Below are positions 1 through 9,266 of a stretch of DNA of 64,000 nt, one piece after another. Source of the stretch: Armatimonadota bacterium. Its GTDB lineage: Bacteria; Armatimonadota; SYMT01. The DNA lies in assembly GCA_041690135.1 (NCBI GenBank), contig JAWLHY010000001.1, forward strand, positions 768,001 to 832,000, read 5' to 3'. The position numbers and the translations under genes are program-made. The notes below the pieces were generated by a model, which did no database searches, was not told the origin of the DNA, and saw only the letters and a program-made list of their open reading frames with translations. How positions within the stretch are numbered: the stretch's first letter is position 1; each line of letters opens with the position of its first letter.

Positions 1-912
1 GCGCCGGAAGCCGCTTTCCGCGAACACGGCCGCGCGAGGACCCGCAGGCGCCGTGAGCATGGTGTAGACCGGCGCGTCCGGGAACTCCAGGGAGGCCAGG
101 AGCGCCGGGAGCTGTGTGTGGAACGCGGGATGAGTCCGCACGTCGGCGAGCCATGCGTCCCGGAACCAGCGAGGGTCCGGCGCGAGGAACGCCCACCCGA
201 CCACGATTCCGTCCTGCGTGACGAGCGCCCGCGCCTGGATGGCCGGCTCCCGCCGCCTCCGCAATTGGAGCTCGAGGAACGGCCCTTCCGCGCTGCTCTG
301 GGTCTTGATGCCGAAAGTGGGGCTGCGGGGCAACTCTTCACCGGGATGGAGGGGTTGCAGGATCAGGAGGTCGATCTGGCCCCAGTCTTCCCAGCGGAGC
401 GGACGGATCGACGCGGGGCGTTCCCGGTACAGCCGCGCTTCCGTGTCCGTCTCCCGGAGCCAGGTCATACAACCGTTGCCCGGCCCCACCCCCCGGAACC
501 CGAAGGAGTGATAGATCCAGTACGGCGGCGTGTCGTAACCGGTTCCAAGACACAGCGCCTCGTAACCAACCTGGCGCGAGTGCTCCATCTGGTGGCGCAT
601 CAGCAATGCGCAGGCGCCCTTCCGGCGCTCCTCCGGCAGGGTGAACACATGGCCCAGGATAGCGACCCGACCGTCCCCTACCGTCATCATCTCCGTGATG
701 ACCTTGCCTTCCACCAGGCCCAGGTAGAACCGGGTCTGCAGCGCGTCGAGCGGCCCTTCCAGGGCCTCCCGGATGTGCCGGCAGTACTCCGGCGGCTTAT
801 GGCCCAGGAATGGCACCACGCGCGGCAGCCACTCCGCGTCGGGAGTCTCCACCACCCCAATTTCCATCTCTTCGCCGGACTTCAATCGTTCCTGTCCCAA
901 AACGGTAACCAT
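1..912 (-). CDS. GNAT family N-acetyltransferase (3' end runs off the window)
   Basis: Absent from the ORF track. Manual translation from ATG at 912 gives MVTVLGQERLKSGEEMEIGVV...ILGHVFTLPEERRKGACALLM...IYHSFGF, with the acetyl-CoA motif V-x-T-x-P-x-x-R-R-K-G and a Y-x-x-x-G-F motif. Confidence 0.85.
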   Translation of the reverse strand, partial: MVTVLGQERLKSGEEMEIGVVETPDAEWLPRVVPFLGHKPPEYCRHIREALEGPLDALQTRFYLGLVEGKVITEMMTVGDGRVAILGHVFTLPEERRKGACALLMRHQMEHSRQVGYEALCLGTGYDTPPYWIYHSFGFRGVGPGNGCMTWLRETDTEARLYRERPASIRPLRWEDWGQIDLLILQPLHPGEELPRSPTFGIKTQSSAEGPFLELQLRRRREPAIQARALVTQDGIVVGWAFLAPDPRWFRDAWLADVRTHPAFHTQLPALLASLEFPDAPVYTMLTAPAGPRAAVFAESGFRR

Positions 913-1135
913 GCGTCTCACCCCAACGGCATCGCAGCTTGCCTCATCCTGGACCGAGATCCCCCAGCCTCGCATCGTATGTAGAAGATCCTCACGGCCG
1001 CGTCCTGCCATAATTGAAGGAAGGTGCCTGTCCGAGGCCATCCCCAATCGAGGATGAGAGGCGAATAGGCTATAATGGAACCTCAAACGGGGGAGCGATT
1101 GAACCGGTTGAAGAAAGAGAATTCCTGAGCGCCCG

Positions 1136-2413
1136 ATGCCCGAATGCTCCGACGGCTCCGCCGATAGTATCTTCCAGATCGCCGATGCCCGGAGACACGG
1201 GGCGCATCTCTGCTACTTCGACACGGCGGCGGGCCGGGGAGTCTCGCAAGTCTTTGCGGACCCGGAGGCGGTGTTCGCGAGCAAGGACGCACGGGGGACG
1301 CTAAGGTGGCGCTCGAGGCGCACCCTTCCGGCGGACGGCGACCCCTTCCGGGTGCTGGACGAGATTCTGGCGCAATACCCGGACCTGATCGCGGCCGGCT
1401 ACTGGTCTTACGACCTCCGCTATTCCATTGAGAAGCTTCCCCGGTCCGCGGTGGACGACCTGCTGCTCCCGGACTGCTGGGTGGGGCTTTATCCGCGGGA
1501 GACGGTGGCCGCGCGGGACGCTCGGACCTCGCCGGGCGCACCTCCCACAGCGGTCGTCACCGAGGGCGGACCTTCCCCCGCGCTCGGCGGCAACCTCGCC
1601 GATTCGATGACTCGCGAGGAGTACCTGGCCGCCGTCCGGCGCGTGCTGGAGTACATCGCCGCCGGCGATTGCTACCAGGTCAACCTCTCGCACCGGTTTG
1701 GCGCGCCCTTCACGGGAGAGGCATGGGACCTCTACCGCCGGCTACGCGCGGTGAGCCCGGCGCCGTACGCTGCCTACCTCGACTGCGGCGACCACCAGGT
1801 GCTCTCCTCATCGCCCGAGTTGTTCCTGCGCATCCGGGAGGGCCAGGTGGAGACCCGGCCCATCAAGGGCACCCGCCGCCGGGGAAGCACCCCGGAGGAA
1901 GATGCCCGCCTGGCTGCCGAACTGCTTTCCAGCGACAAAGATCGCGCCGAGTTGCTGATGATCGTGGACCTGGAGCGAAACGACCTCGGACGGGTCTGCG
2001 AGTACGGAAGCGTCCATGTGCCGGACCTGTTCCGCCTGGAGAGCTATGCCAACGTCCATCACCTGGTGGCTACCGTCCGCGGTCGGCTGCGATCGGAGGT
2101 GACGCCGCTCCAGTGCCTGCGGGCCGCCTTCCCCGGAGGCTCCATTACGGGCGCGCCGAAGATCCGCGCGTTGGAGATCATCGAGGAACTGGAGCCGGTG
2201 CGGCGTGGCGTCTACACGGGCGCCATCGGCTGGGTGGACGGTCGTGGGAACGCGGAGTGGAACATCGCGATCCGTACGATGGTTGTCAAGGCCGGCCGCG
2301 TCTATTTCCACGCCGGCGGCGGGATCGTTGCCGACTCGGACCCTCCCGCCGAATACGAAGAGACCCTCACGAAAGCCCGCGGCATGCTCCGGGCCCTCTG
2401 CACGCCTTCATGA
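1136..2413 (+). CDS. pabB: Aminodeoxychorismate synthase component I (chorismate-binding)
   Basis: Motifs GDCYQVNLS, SSSPELFL, TRPIKGT, KDRAELLMIVDLERNDLGRV, FPGGSITGAPK, RGVYTGAIG, GGGIVADS. PIKGT plus a downstream class IV PLP enzyme favour PabB over TrpE. Confidence 0.85.
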   Translation: MPECSDGSADSIFQIADARRHGAHLCYFDTAAGRGVSQVFADPEAVFASKDARGTLRWRSRRTLPADGDPFRVLDEILAQYPDLIAAGYWSYDLRYSIEKLPRSAVDDLLLPDCWVGLYPRETVAARDARTSPGAPPTAVVTEGGPSPALGGNLADSMTREEYLAAVRRVLEYIAAGDCYQVNLSHRFGAPFTGEAWDLYRRLRAVSPAPYAAYLDCGDHQVLSSSPELFLRIREGQVETRPIKGTRRRGSTPEEDARLAAELLSSDKDRAELLMIVDLERNDLGRVCEYGSVHVPDLFRLESYANVHHLVATVRGRLRSEVTPLQCLRAAFPGGSITGAPKIRALEIIEELEPVRRGVYTGAIGWVDGRGNAEWNIAIRTMVVKAGRVYFHAGGGIVADSDPPAEYEETLTKARGMLRALCTPS

Positions 2414-3333
2414 GCCAGCCTTCCATCGTCATCCACCACCAGGACTGCATCCCCGGAATGCGGGAGCACCTGGAACCCGGCGCCATCGACGTCGTGGTCA
2501 CGTCACCCCCTTACAACCTGGGCATCGACTACAGCACGCACGACGATACCGCTCCCCGCGAGGAGTACCTGGAGTGGTGCGATACGTGGGCCCAGGAGGT
2601 CAAGCGGGCCCTTAGCCCGCAGGGATCGTTCTTCCTGAACGTCGGCGGCAAACCCACGGACCCCTACGTGCCGTTCGACGTGCTGGGAGTGATGCGGCGA
2701 CACTTCCGGCTCCAGAACGTGATCCACTGGGTCAAGTCGATCGCCATCATGCAGGAAGAAGTGGGTAACTATCCCGGCCTTTCGGCGGATCTCGTGGTGG
2801 GACATTACAAGCCGATCAACAGCCCGCGCTTCATCAACGACTGTCACGAGTACATCTTCCACCTGACGCACGACGGCAAGACGCCGCTCGACCGCCTCAG
2901 CGTGGGGGTACCTTACCGTGACAAGTCCAACGTCACCCGTTGGAAGGGGGCGGGAAAGGACGTACACTGCCGGGGGAACACCTGGTTCCTCCCCTATCCC
3001 ACCATTCTCCGTCGAGACCGCGACCGGCCCCACCCGGCAACCTTCCCGCCTTCCCTACCCGAGCGCTGCCTCCGCCTCCACGGAACCGAGCGGGTGCGTC
3101 GGGTCCTCGACCCCTTCATGGGTCTCGGCAGCACGGCCGTGGCCTGTGCGAACCTGGGGATCGATTGTGTCGGCTTCGAGATCGATCCCTACTACCGGGA
3201 GGAAGCCCTGAACCGGATCCGCGGCGTGCTCGACCCACCCCTCGCCGGGAAGAACGGAAAGCACCCCGCGGCTCCCCATGGTTCAGCCCAGCAAACGGAC
3301 GGTTCCGATGAGTATCCGCTTCCTCAACCTTAA
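2410..3333 (+). CDS. Site-specific DNA methyltransferase, N4-C/N6-A family, beta motif order
   Basis: The real start is the ATG overlapping the pabB stop (ATGA). Catalytic motif VTSPPYN precedes HPATFP and the SAM-binding motif VLDPFMGLGST...GFEID. Confidence 0.9.
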   Translation: MSQPSIVIHHQDCIPGMREHLEPGAIDVVVTSPPYNLGIDYSTHDDTAPREEYLEWCDTWAQEVKRALSPQGSFFLNVGGKPTDPYVPFDVLGVMRRHFRLQNVIHWVKSIAIMQEEVGNYPGLSADLVVGHYKPINSPRFINDCHEYIFHLTHDGKTPLDRLSVGVPYRDKSNVTRWKGAGKDVHCRGNTWFLPYPTILRRDRDRPHPATFPPSLPERCLRLHGTERVRRVLDPFMGLGSTAVACANLGIDCVGFEIDPYYREEALNRIRGVLDPPLAGKNGKHPAAPHGSAQQTDGSDEYPLPQP

Positions 3334-4162
3334 CGGGTCGCTGGTAGAACCGGCGCGGGCGACGGTATCCGTACTCGACCACGGCGTGCTCTACGGCGAT
3401 GGGGTTTTCGAAACGCTGCGGGTCCGCAACGGCCGGATCTTCCGGGTCGAGGCACACCTGGAGCGGCTGGAGGACGGGTGCCGGAGATTGAGCCTCGCGC
3501 TCCCCTGGCCCCGCGAAGACCTGCGAACGGCACTACAGGAGACCGTGGCGGCGAACGCCATGCAGGACGGCGCGCTGCGGCTAACGGTGACACGGGGGGA
3601 AGGTCCTCCGCTCCCCGACCCGACCCTTTGCCCGCAGCCCACCTTCTTCGTCACCGCACGTCCGGCTCCATCCGTCTCCGGCACGCCGCCGAACTGGAAG
3701 CTGCGGGTCACCGGCACCCACCCCTGCACGTTCGTTCCCGGAATCAAGTCCCTGAGCTACCTCCCCTTCCAGCAGGCACGCGCCGACGCACGCGCCGCCG
3801 GTGACGATGAGGCGCTGCTCACGCGCGAGGGACGGGTCATCGAAGCCGGCACGAGTAACCTGTTCCTCGTGCTGAATGATCGCCTGATAACACCCGACCT
3901 CACCAGTGGGTGCCTCGCGGGCACCACTCGAGCGCTCGTGCTGGAGCTGGCCGCCTCGCTGGCCATCGAGACCGAGGAGCGCCCGGTCCATCGGGATGAA
4001 CTGGGGGCGGCGGGCGAGGTGTTCTGCACCAACAGCCTGATGGGAATCGTTCCCGTAGAAGCGGTAGACGGTCAGCGTCCGTCCCAGGGAACGCCCGGAC
4101 CGCTCACCCAGGCCCTCCGCGCGGCCTATGCGACGGTGCTTCGCCGCGAAACCGGAGCTTGA
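3308..4162 (+). CDS. Class IV PLP aminotransferase family; probable 4-amino-4-deoxychorismate lyase (PabC-like) or branched-chain aminotransferase
   Basis: Motifs DHGVLYGDGVFETLR, HLERL, IKSLSY, EAGTSNLF, GCLAGTTR, EVFCTNS; same operon as pabB. Confidence 0.85.
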   Translation: MSIRFLNLNGSLVEPARATVSVLDHGVLYGDGVFETLRVRNGRIFRVEAHLERLEDGCRRLSLALPWPREDLRTALQETVAANAMQDGALRLTVTRGEGPPLPDPTLCPQPTFFVTARPAPSVSGTPPNWKLRVTGTHPCTFVPGIKSLSYLPFQQARADARAAGDDEALLTREGRVIEAGTSNLFLVLNDRLITPDLTSGCLAGTTRALVLELAASLAIETEERPVHRDELGAAGEVFCTNSLMGIVPVEAVDGQRPSQGTPGPLTQALRAAYATVLRRETGA

Positions 4163-4177
4163 GAAAAGGGCCCTTCC

Positions 4178-5791
4178 GTGAACGATACCCCCACGAATTT
4201 AGACCAGGCTATCCAGGCGCTGAAAGATCAGCGACCCAGGGAAGCGGCCGATCTCTTGAAGGACTACATCTGGCGCGATCCGTCCGACGGCACGGCCTAT
4301 GCCTTCCTGGGGGTGGCGCTTTCAGAACTGGGGGATAGTTCATCGGCGCTGGAGGCCCTGGAACGAGCTCACTACCTGGCCCCGGCGGACGCGGGTATCC
4401 TTTACAATTACGGGCTCGTCCTGGAGGCCGCAGGGCGCCCGAAAGAGGCGCGGATCCGCTTCAGTGCCGCGCTACAGCTCGACCCCGGCTATCACCGGGC
4501 GCAGCAGCGTCTGCTCCAGCTCGGCGGACCCTTCCCCCCGATGCCTCCCGGTGCGGTCCAGGCCGGACGGACGGAAACGGCCTCTTCCCCGCCTTCCCTT
4601 CTAGCCGGTGCGCCGAACGGAAGTGATGCAGCACCGGACCGCCGGGGAGCCGAAGGTAAACCGTCGCGCGAGGTCTCCGTTCAGGCCTCCAGGTCAGAGA
4701 GCATCTCGCCGGCTACCCCGGCACCCTCCCCGACGGAAGGTGCGGTCACGCCTTCGAGTGAGGCCGCACACCCGGCACGGAAATGGGTCCGAGAGCGGCC
4801 GGCGGAGAAGGCTGCAGAAAATGGCACGGTAACCGAAGCCGAGCCGGCGGGAACCGTCGGTCCTTCCCCCATGCATGTGCCTCCCCCCATCATCCATTCC
4901 CCGACGCCGACGCCACCTTCCGCCACCGAGACGATGGACGCCTCGTCAACTCCGGGTGGGCCACAGCCCGCCACCTGGCCGCCGGTATTCCCCTCGGCAC
5001 CCTCGGGGGCACCCTCGCCACTCCTGGCCCGGGGCGCGGAGCTGCTGCAGAACCGTACGGTGCTGGCGGGATTGTGCGTCCTCTTTACCGCCGGTGGGCT
5101 GGTCATCGGTATCGCCATCCGAGGAGCCATGCCCGGCCCGGTTCCCCGGATGGCGGACCCGCTGCAGGCGGCGGGTCTCCGCCGGGGGAGCCTTGCCGGC
5201 CAGTCTCTGGCCGGACTCGATCTTACCAATGCTGTGCTGGAAGGAGAGAAGATGCCTTCCGTACGGGCGGAGAAGGTCATCCTCGCGGGGGCAAGACTCC
5301 AGGGGGCCGATCTTCACGAGTCCAAGTTTTCTGGGGCAAACTTGGGCAGGGCTGACCTGGTAAAGGCCGATTTGCGTCGTGCCGACCTGGGGGGAGCGCA
5401 CCTGGATGAGGCACAGCTTACGGGCGTGTTCATGCGTGGCGCCTACCTCAAGGCCGCGTCACTCCGCGGCGCCAACCTCCAGCAGGCCTACCTTTCTTCC
5501 GCGAACCTGGTGCGCGCCGATCTGACAGGCGCGACTCTCACCGATGCGGACCTCCGCGGCGCCAACCTCACCGAGGCGGTCCTGGTAGACGCCATCCTCA
5601 GCAACGCTCAACTTCAGGGGGCCAACCTGACCCGGGCGCGGCTCGGCCGAGCCGTTCTGAAGGACGCCCGCTACGACGCCAAAACTCGCTGGCCCGCGGG
5701 GTTCAATCCCAAACTGCGCGGGGCGGTCTCCGTATCACCGCTACCCCCGGCGGCGGCATCCACCGCGGTTCGGGCCGAAGGTGCTCCGTAA
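4178..5791 (+). CDS. TPR + Pro-rich linker + transmembrane helix + pentapeptide repeat protein
   Basis: N-terminal TPRs (AYAFLGVAL, ILYNYGLVLEAAG), TM segment VLAGLCVLFTAGGLVIGIAI, long run of A(D/N)LxGA pentapeptide repeats ending ARYDAKTRWPAGF. Confidence 0.85.
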   Translation: MNDTPTNLDQAIQALKDQRPREAADLLKDYIWRDPSDGTAYAFLGVALSELGDSSSALEALERAHYLAPADAGILYNYGLVLEAAGRPKEARIRFSAALQLDPGYHRAQQRLLQLGGPFPPMPPGAVQAGRTETASSPPSLLAGAPNGSDAAPDRRGAEGKPSREVSVQASRSESISPATPAPSPTEGAVTPSSEAAHPARKWVRERPAEKAAENGTVTEAEPAGTVGPSPMHVPPPIIHSPTPTPPSATETMDASSTPGGPQPATWPPVFPSAPSGAPSPLLARGAELLQNRTVLAGLCVLFTAGGLVIGIAIRGAMPGPVPRMADPLQAAGLRRGSLAGQSLAGLDLTNAVLEGEKMPSVRAEKVILAGARLQGADLHESKFSGANLGRADLVKADLRRADLGGAHLDEAQLTGVFMRGAYLKAASLRGANLQQAYLSSANLVRADLTGATLTDADLRGANLTEAVLVDAILSNAQLQGANLTRARLGRAVLKDARYDAKTRWPAGFNPKLRGAVSVSPLPPAAASTAVRAEGAP

Positions 5792-6121
5792 TGGCTCACT
5801 TGCCACACAAGTTCTGCTGGTCCGCACCCACTCTGTGCCGCCGCGGGACTGACTCGTGGTGAATGCACACAGGTGCAAAGGCCCTCGGCCGGTACGGTCA
5901 CCAGGGGACCGCAGTGCAACTGCGGACGAAGTGATCACGCCTCGGCTATACCCTCTCCGCCCCTCCGGGGCTGCGAACCGGTAGGACCTGGGCGCGTTCC
6001 CGGCGTAAGGTGCGAAATCCGTTTAGCGAATGGGTAGCGCCGCACGTCATGATTTTGGAGCCTTCTGTTCCGGGCACGCACCGCTGCGTGCCGGCGACTC
6101 CAAACGTGCGGAGGAACACCC

Positions 6122-7102
6122 GTGAGCACACAGATCCGTCCCTTCACTCCGGACGACTATCCCGCCATGGCGGCCGTCAATAACGGTGTCTATCCGGACT
6201 ATCCCACGACCACCGAGGAGTTGATTGCGGAGGACCAACACCGCGACCCCAAGTGCCGATTCGAACGCTTCATCGCCGAACGGCGGGAGGCGTCCGGCGA
6301 TACCGCCGTTGCCGGGATAGCGACGCTACGCCAGAGTTCAACTTCGTACCACCCGCGGAAGTTCTGGTTCGACGTGTCCGTCACGCCGGAATGCCAGGGT
6401 CAGGGGATCGGACGAGCCCTCTACGACCACCTCTTCAGCCGGGTCGCGGCGGATGACCCACTCTCGATCGGAGGCTGTGTCCGTGAGGATATGGAACGTG
6501 CACTCCGATTCCTGGCCGACCGTGGTTTCACCGAAACGATGCGGGAGTGGGAATCCCGTCTTCCGGTAGCAGACTTCGATCCTTCTCGCTTCGCGGGCGC
6601 GGAAGACCGGGTGCGAGCCCAGGGAATTGAGATCCGATCGCTGGCAGAACTCCTGGAGACGGACCCCCACTGCTACCGCAAGCTCTATGATGTCGTGTTC
6701 GCGGCGGAAGAAGACGTCCCGCGAGCGGACCCGGAGTTCTCGCCCCCGGAGTTCGACCGCTGGCTGAAGCGCCACCAGAGCAACCCGAACCTGCTGCCCG
6801 AAGGCTGCATGATCGCCGTGCACCAGGAGCTTTACGTCGGAATGTCGCAGGTCTGGAAGATGCAGGGGTGCCCGGATCTCGATACGGGCCTGACGGGCGT
6901 ACGGCGCGAGTTCCGGCGCAAAGGGATCGCCCTGGCCCTGAAGCTGCGCATCATCGAGTTCGCGCGGCGGGAAGGTTATCCGGTCATTCGCACCTGGAAC
7001 GCCAGCACCAACGAGGGTATGCTTTCGATCAACATCGCGTTGGGTTTCATCCGTCAGCCGGCCTGGATCGAGCTGCACAAGCGGTTCGGCGCGGATGAGT
7101 GA
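6122..7102 (+). CDS. Tandem-domain GNAT N-acetyltransferase
   Basis: Two acetyl-CoA motifs, VTPECQGQGIG and TGVRREFRRKGIA, plus TWNASTNEGMLSIN..LGF; GGAGG RBS before the GTG. Confidence 0.85.
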   Translation: MSTQIRPFTPDDYPAMAAVNNGVYPDYPTTTEELIAEDQHRDPKCRFERFIAERREASGDTAVAGIATLRQSSTSYHPRKFWFDVSVTPECQGQGIGRALYDHLFSRVAADDPLSIGGCVREDMERALRFLADRGFTETMREWESRLPVADFDPSRFAGAEDRVRAQGIEIRSLAELLETDPHCYRKLYDVVFAAEEDVPRADPEFSPPEFDRWLKRHQSNPNLLPEGCMIAVHQELYVGMSQVWKMQGCPDLDTGLTGVRREFRRKGIALALKLRIIEFARREGYPVIRTWNASTNEGMLSINIALGFIRQPAWIELHKRFGADE

Positions 7103-7202
7103 TGAACTTGAACCGGGGTCCCCGAGATAGCGGAGACCCCGGTTCAGGGGATGGGTTCCGCTCTCAAGAAGCCGAGTGTTGCCTCCGGCTGGCCCTACCG
7201 GA

Positions 7203-7883
7203 TCAAAGAGACGACTTCTCGGTCTCTTCTTTGGGCTCGGCGAAGCTGTGCTTGCCGCTGAGGTTCTCGATGACCACCTGGCTTTCGCCGGCCACGACCT
7301 CGATGGGGCGGCGGGAGCGTCCACCCATCTCGGGGGCCCAGAACACCAGTGTGTGTTTGCCGGCCGGGACAGCAGCGTTCCGGAGAGGCGTTTCCCCCAA
7401 CAAGCTGCCGCCGTTCAGATAGACAAAAGTTTTGACCGCCGGTTGGGTGAGCACGGTGACGCTCCCGGTGCCGACCCCGGGCCGGGGGACCAGCGGTTGG
7501 ATCGGTTTCGATTTGGCGGCCTGCGACGGCAGCACTCCGGTGGGGAGAAGAGGCAGAGCCGGCTTCGCGGGGGCGCCCGTGTTGCTGCCCGATGGCTCCA
7601 CGGCAGCTTGCCCCCCGGTAGGCTCGCTGGTGCCCGCACCGGAATCCCGCGGCGTGACCGTCACGGGAGGCGTGCCCACGGAGTTGGAAGCAGGCTGCCG
7701 CGATTGGCACCCGGGGCTGAGCATCAGCAGGGTTGCCGCCAGGGTGGCCGCGAGAAGGCCGACAAACGTGCCCGCCCTCACGGCCCCACTCCGGGTCCGC
7801 CGGGTAAGGGGCAACGAACGCTTGCAGTTCGGGCAGAACCATTCGTTCCGCTCGACACGCGTAGAACAGTGGCCGCACTTCAT
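7203..7883 (-). CDS. Zinc-ribbon / TM / PEGA-like domain protein
   Basis: Starts MKCGHC...FCPNC (two CxxC), then a TM helix, a low-complexity linker and a PEGA-like GSVTVLTQP...VYLNGG..LGETP...VPAGKHTL. Confidence 0.7.
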   Translation of the reverse strand: MKCGHCSTRVERNEWFCPNCKRSLPLTRRTRSGAVRAGTFVGLLAATLAATLLMLSPGCQSRQPASNSVGTPPVTVTPRDSGAGTSEPTGGQAAVEPSGSNTGAPAKPALPLLPTGVLPSQAAKSKPIQPLVPRPGVGTGSVTVLTQPAVKTFVYLNGGSLLGETPLRNAAVPAGKHTLVFWAPEMGGRSRRPIEVVAGESQVVIENLSGKHSFAEPKEETEKSSL

Positions 7884-7982
7884 GCCGCTCCTCCCGACGT
7901 CATCCCTTCCCCGCACTTCCTTACTCTCTATATCGGCAGCGGTCGGTGATACCCGGAATCGTCTCTCGCAATACGCAGGACG

Positions 7983-9149
7983 CTACCACAAAAGAGTGGC
8001 CGCGGTCTCCGCGTAGATCTGCGCGGCTTTCTCGACTTCGTCCGTTTCCACATATTCGTCCGGTTGGTGCGCCATCTGGGGTGCCCCTGGGCCGCAGATC
8101 ACGGCCGGAATTCCCAGGATAGGACACCAGACGGAGGCTTCCGTGCAGTAGGGTACTCCGCATGGCTGTGGGTCCACGCCCGCGATCTCCTCTGCCGCCC
8201 GGGCGAGCGCCTGGGCGAGGTCGCTGTCTTCGGGGCAAGAGACCGGCTGGCGGTCGGAGAGCACGTTCAACTCGAATCGCACGCCGGGGCGGAGGGCCGC
8301 CACTTCCTCACAGGCCTCCCGCAGGTGCAGCAGCAATTCCGCATGGTCTACGCCCGGCACGGTCCGCATGTCGAGCTGCGCGCTGCACTGGTCGGGCACC
8401 ACATTACACTTTACCCCGCCCTGGATCAGTCCCACGTTCAGCGTGGGGGTCCCAAGCAGCGGGTGGACCGGCCGGTCCGTGCGGTAGCGGCGCTCCCACC
8501 GCATCAGCAGGTCGGCCATGGCGGTCACTGCGTTGGCGCCCGCCGACGGCATCGAACCGTGGGCCGTCTTGCCGTAAAAGGTGATCTCCACCCAGAACGC
8601 GCCCTTCTCCGCGATGAAGAGGGAGAGCGAAGTCGGTTCCGCGACAATCGTTGCACCCAGGCCGGCGAACAACGGCTCCTGGACGAGGGCATCCGCCCCC
8701 AGGCAGTTGCGCTCCTCGTCGGCGGTCAGGGCCACCACAAGATCTCCCTTCAGGGGCTGGCCCGCCCGAGCGATCGCCTCGGCGGCCACGACCAGGGCCG
8801 CTACCCCGCTTTTCATGTCGCATGACCCGCGTCCGTAGAGCCGGCCGTCCCGCGTCTCCCCACCGAATGGGTCCACCGACCAAGCCACGTTTCCGGTCGG
8901 CACCACGTCCACGTGCCCGCTGAAGAGCAAGCCCGAACGCTCGCCGGTGCCGCGCAACCGGGCGACGACGTGGCTGCGGTTCGGGCCGTCCGGATACGGA
9001 ACGGTTATCGTCTCGAACCCTGCATCCTTCAAGCGGGCCTCGAGCAGCCGGATGGCCGGCGTCTCGTTCCCCGGAGGGTTGGTCGTATCTATCCGGACCA
9101 ACTCCCGTGTAAGTTCAACTGCCTCTCCTGCACGCACCGGAACAGCCAT
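7983..9149 (-). CDS. M20 family metallopeptidase/deacylase (ArgE/DapE-like)
   Basis: Motifs GHVDVVP, LYGRGSCDMKSG, DEE, AEP, GKTAHGS and AHQPDEY. Confidence 0.9.
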   Translation of the reverse strand: MAVPVRAGEAVELTRELVRIDTTNPPGNETPAIRLLEARLKDAGFETITVPYPDGPNRSHVVARLRGTGERSGLLFSGHVDVVPTGNVAWSVDPFGGETRDGRLYGRGSCDMKSGVAALVVAAEAIARAGQPLKGDLVVALTADEERNCLGADALVQEPLFAGLGATIVAEPTSLSLFIAEKGAFWVEITFYGKTAHGSMPSAGANAVTAMADLLMRWERRYRTDRPVHPLLGTPTLNVGLIQGGVKCNVVPDQCSAQLDMRTVPGVDHAELLLHLREACEEVAALRPGVRFELNVLSDRQPVSCPEDSDLAQALARAAEEIAGVDPQPCGVPYCTEASVWCPILGIPAVICGPGAPQMAHQPDEYVETDEVEKAAQIYAETAATLLW

Positions 9150-9266
9150 AGCATACCTTCCGTTGGCAACGTCCACCAGAACCTTGTGATTAGATTACCC
9201 CCTTCGTCCCACTGGAGGCAGAGATTGGAACGATTACCTACGGCTCAAGCTGCGCCAGAGAAGGAG

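Noticed and set aside
118-984. 288-aa plus-strand ORF
   Set aside because: Antisense shadow of the minus-strand GNAT gene; no motifs.
1669-2409. Long N-terminal extension of the methyltransferase ORF
   Set aside because: Overlaps pabB out of frame and is low-information R/P/G sequence; the real start is ATG 2410.
5792-6121. Possible ncRNA or small gene in the 330-bp spacer
   Set aside because: Only short overlapping ORFs without RBS or motifs, and no recognisable RNA family.
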